A DNA stretch of 64,000 nt from the sequence record PV340856.1. One strand, 5' to 3'. A model generated the notes under the pieces. That model ran no database searches, was not told the DNA's origin, and saw nothing but the letters and a program-made list of their open reading frames with translations. The position numbers and the translations under genes were made by a program. Below, piece by piece: positions 62,549 to 64,000 of this stretch. The first letter of the stretch is position 1. Each line of letters begins with the position of its first letter.

Positions 62549-63307
62549 ATGGCACGAAGGAAGAGAAATCAAGATGATCCCATTGGAGTGGGAATGACGG
62601 CTAAACAAATGCGTCGTCGCAAACCAATCAATGCCGACATGATGGTTGACATTGAACCTCTTACTGCTAATCAGAAGATTCTTTTTGATCATTATGATGA
62701 AGGTAAGAACATCTTTGCATATGGTGCTGCTGGTACTGGTAAGACATTTATTAGTTTATTCAAAGCACTTAGAGATGTACTGGACGAAAATACTCCATAT
62801 GAGAAACTCTATATCGTAAGATCTTTAGTTTCTACCAGAGAGATTGGATTTCTCCCAGGAGACCATGACGATAAATCTGCCTTGTATCAGATCCCATATA
62901 AGAATATGGTTCGATACATGTTCGAGTTACCTACAGACGCAGACTTTGAAATGCTCTATGGTAATTTGAAAACTCAAGAGACTATTTCTTTCTGGAGCAC
63001 TTCTTTTATTCGTGGTACAACCATGGATAATTGTATTGTGTTAGTAGATGAAATGCAAAACTTGAATTTTCATGAATTAGATAGTATAATTACAAGAGTT
63101 GGTGATAACTGCAAAATTATTTTTTGTGGGGACTCCACACAGACTGATCTTACCAAATCGTATGAGCGAAATGGAATTCTAGATTTCAAAAAAATTATTG
63201 AAGTTATGGAAGAAGATTTCGGAGTTATTGAATTTGATCTTGATGATATTGTTCGTTCTGGTCTTGTTAGGAACTATCTGGTCACTAAATTAGCACTTGC
63301 ATTGTAA
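62549..63307 (+). CDS. phoH: PhoH-family ATPase
   Basis: PLTANQ, GAAGTGKT (Walker A), IGFLPGD, FIRGTT, VDEMQN, TRVG, CGD..Q.DL, DIVRSG. Confidence 0.96.
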   Translation: MARRKRNQDDPIGVGMTAKQMRRRKPINADMMVDIEPLTANQKILFDHYDEGKNIFAYGAAGTGKTFISLFKALRDVLDENTPYEKLYIVRSLVSTREIGFLPGDHDDKSALYQIPYKNMVRYMFELPTDADFEMLYGNLKTQETISFWSTSFIRGTTMDNCIVLVDEMQNLNFHELDSIITRVGDNCKIIFCGDSTQTDLTKSYERNGILDFKKIIEVMEEDFGVIEFDLDDIVRSGLVRNYLVTKLALAL

Positions 63308-63984
63308 TGTTTGTTTATCTAAACACTCTTGGTGATAGTGATATTGAAGCTGTCAATATTGATGGAGTTAGATATTATTATCCGCCTGGGTGTAGTGGTC
63401 CTTATCCTTCGATCACATCCGTAACCAGTTTTTATAATAGGAAAGTTTTCCAAGATTGGAGACGACGAGTTGGGGAAGAGGAAGCCAACAAAGTAACCAC
63501 AGTTGCAACTCGAAGAGGAACAGATTTTCACGAAGTTTGTGAGCAGTATATAAAAAATGTTCCTCTTTCTGAAATCGATATGTTGCCTACCACAAAGGCT
63601 TTATTTCTTACTGCAAAGGATAAAATAGACAACATAAATAATATACACGCAATAGAAAAAGCTCTATACAGCAATTATCTTGGTATTGCTGGCAGAGTTG
63701 ACTGCATCGCGGAGTATAATGGAGAGTTGTCCATTATCGATTTCAAGACATCAAAGAAACCAAAACCCGAAAAGTGGATTGAACAGTATTTTGTTCAAGA
63801 AACCGCTTATGCCTGCATGTATTTTGAAATGACAGGTATCCCAGTTAAGAAGATTGTCACCATTATGGCGGCAGAAAATGGAGAATGTGTAGTTTATGAA
63901 AAACGGAACAAAAGTGACTATATTAAACTTCTTACCAAATATATCAAAGAATTCGTCACATACAAACTCGGAGAGTATGGATAA
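63307..63984 (+). CDS. PD-(D/E)XK Cas4-like exonuclease (T4-like phage exonuclease)
   Basis: PSITSV, RGTDFH, AGRVDCIAEY...IIDFKTS, Q..AY. Confidence 0.9.
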   Translation: MFVYLNTLGDSDIEAVNIDGVRYYYPPGCSGPYPSITSVTSFYNRKVFQDWRRRVGEEEANKVTTVATRRGTDFHEVCEQYIKNVPLSEIDMLPTTKALFLTAKDKIDNINNIHAIEKALYSNYLGIAGRVDCIAEYNGELSIIDFKTSKKPKPEKWIEQYFVQETAYACMYFEMTGIPVKKIVTIMAAENGECVVYEKRNKSDYIKLLTKYIKEFVTYKLGEYG

Positions 63985-64000
63985 AGAAGTCAACGATCTA
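63977..64000 (+). CDS. 5' fragment of next ORF (possibly gp33 late-transcription coactivator, by synteny only)
   Basis: GGAG SD then ATG 63977 (MDKEVNDL); runs off the window. Confidence 0.35.

Noticed and set aside
63307-63984. Cas4-like nuclease as evidence of a CRISPR system
   Set aside because: No repeat-spacer array or other cas genes are visible; this is the usual T4-like exonuclease next to phoH.

Overview
This window is from a large, AT-rich T4-like cyanomyovirus (Kyanoviridae-type), most likely infecting Synechococcus. The assignment rests on the T4 core genes (gp61 primase, nrdA/nrdB, thyX, phoH, Cas4-like exonuclease, TATAAATA late promoters) together with the cyanophage auxiliary genes (psbA, psbD, 2x hli, petE, PTOX, gnd, zwf, talC, pstS, nblA-like). 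Order: Lys/Glu-rich modular head-protein candidates (1-2654); PTOX-gnd-zwf (4763-7715); primase-nrdAB (10543-14994); a convergent six-gene membrane/secreted module (15205-18105); a minus-strand fibre/subtilase island (18151-24464); five tRNAs interleaved with 2OG-Fe(II) oxygenases and a peroxiredoxin (27545-32842); a glycan cluster that also holds nadE and a nitrilase (32938-44632); two small beta-barrel genes and pstS; hli/psbA/psbD/petE; a nitrogen-linked regulatory module (54446-55896); and talC to the exonuclease. The most unusual structure is at 54505-54950. Two tandem glutamine-II (Downstream-peptide) riboswitch-like motifs each carry a whole ORF in what is normally a short hairpin loop, behind a perfect NtcA box and ahead of a DUF4278 (IF17-like) peptide and an NblA-like gene. 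All family calls are by motif recognition by eye; no database searches were run.
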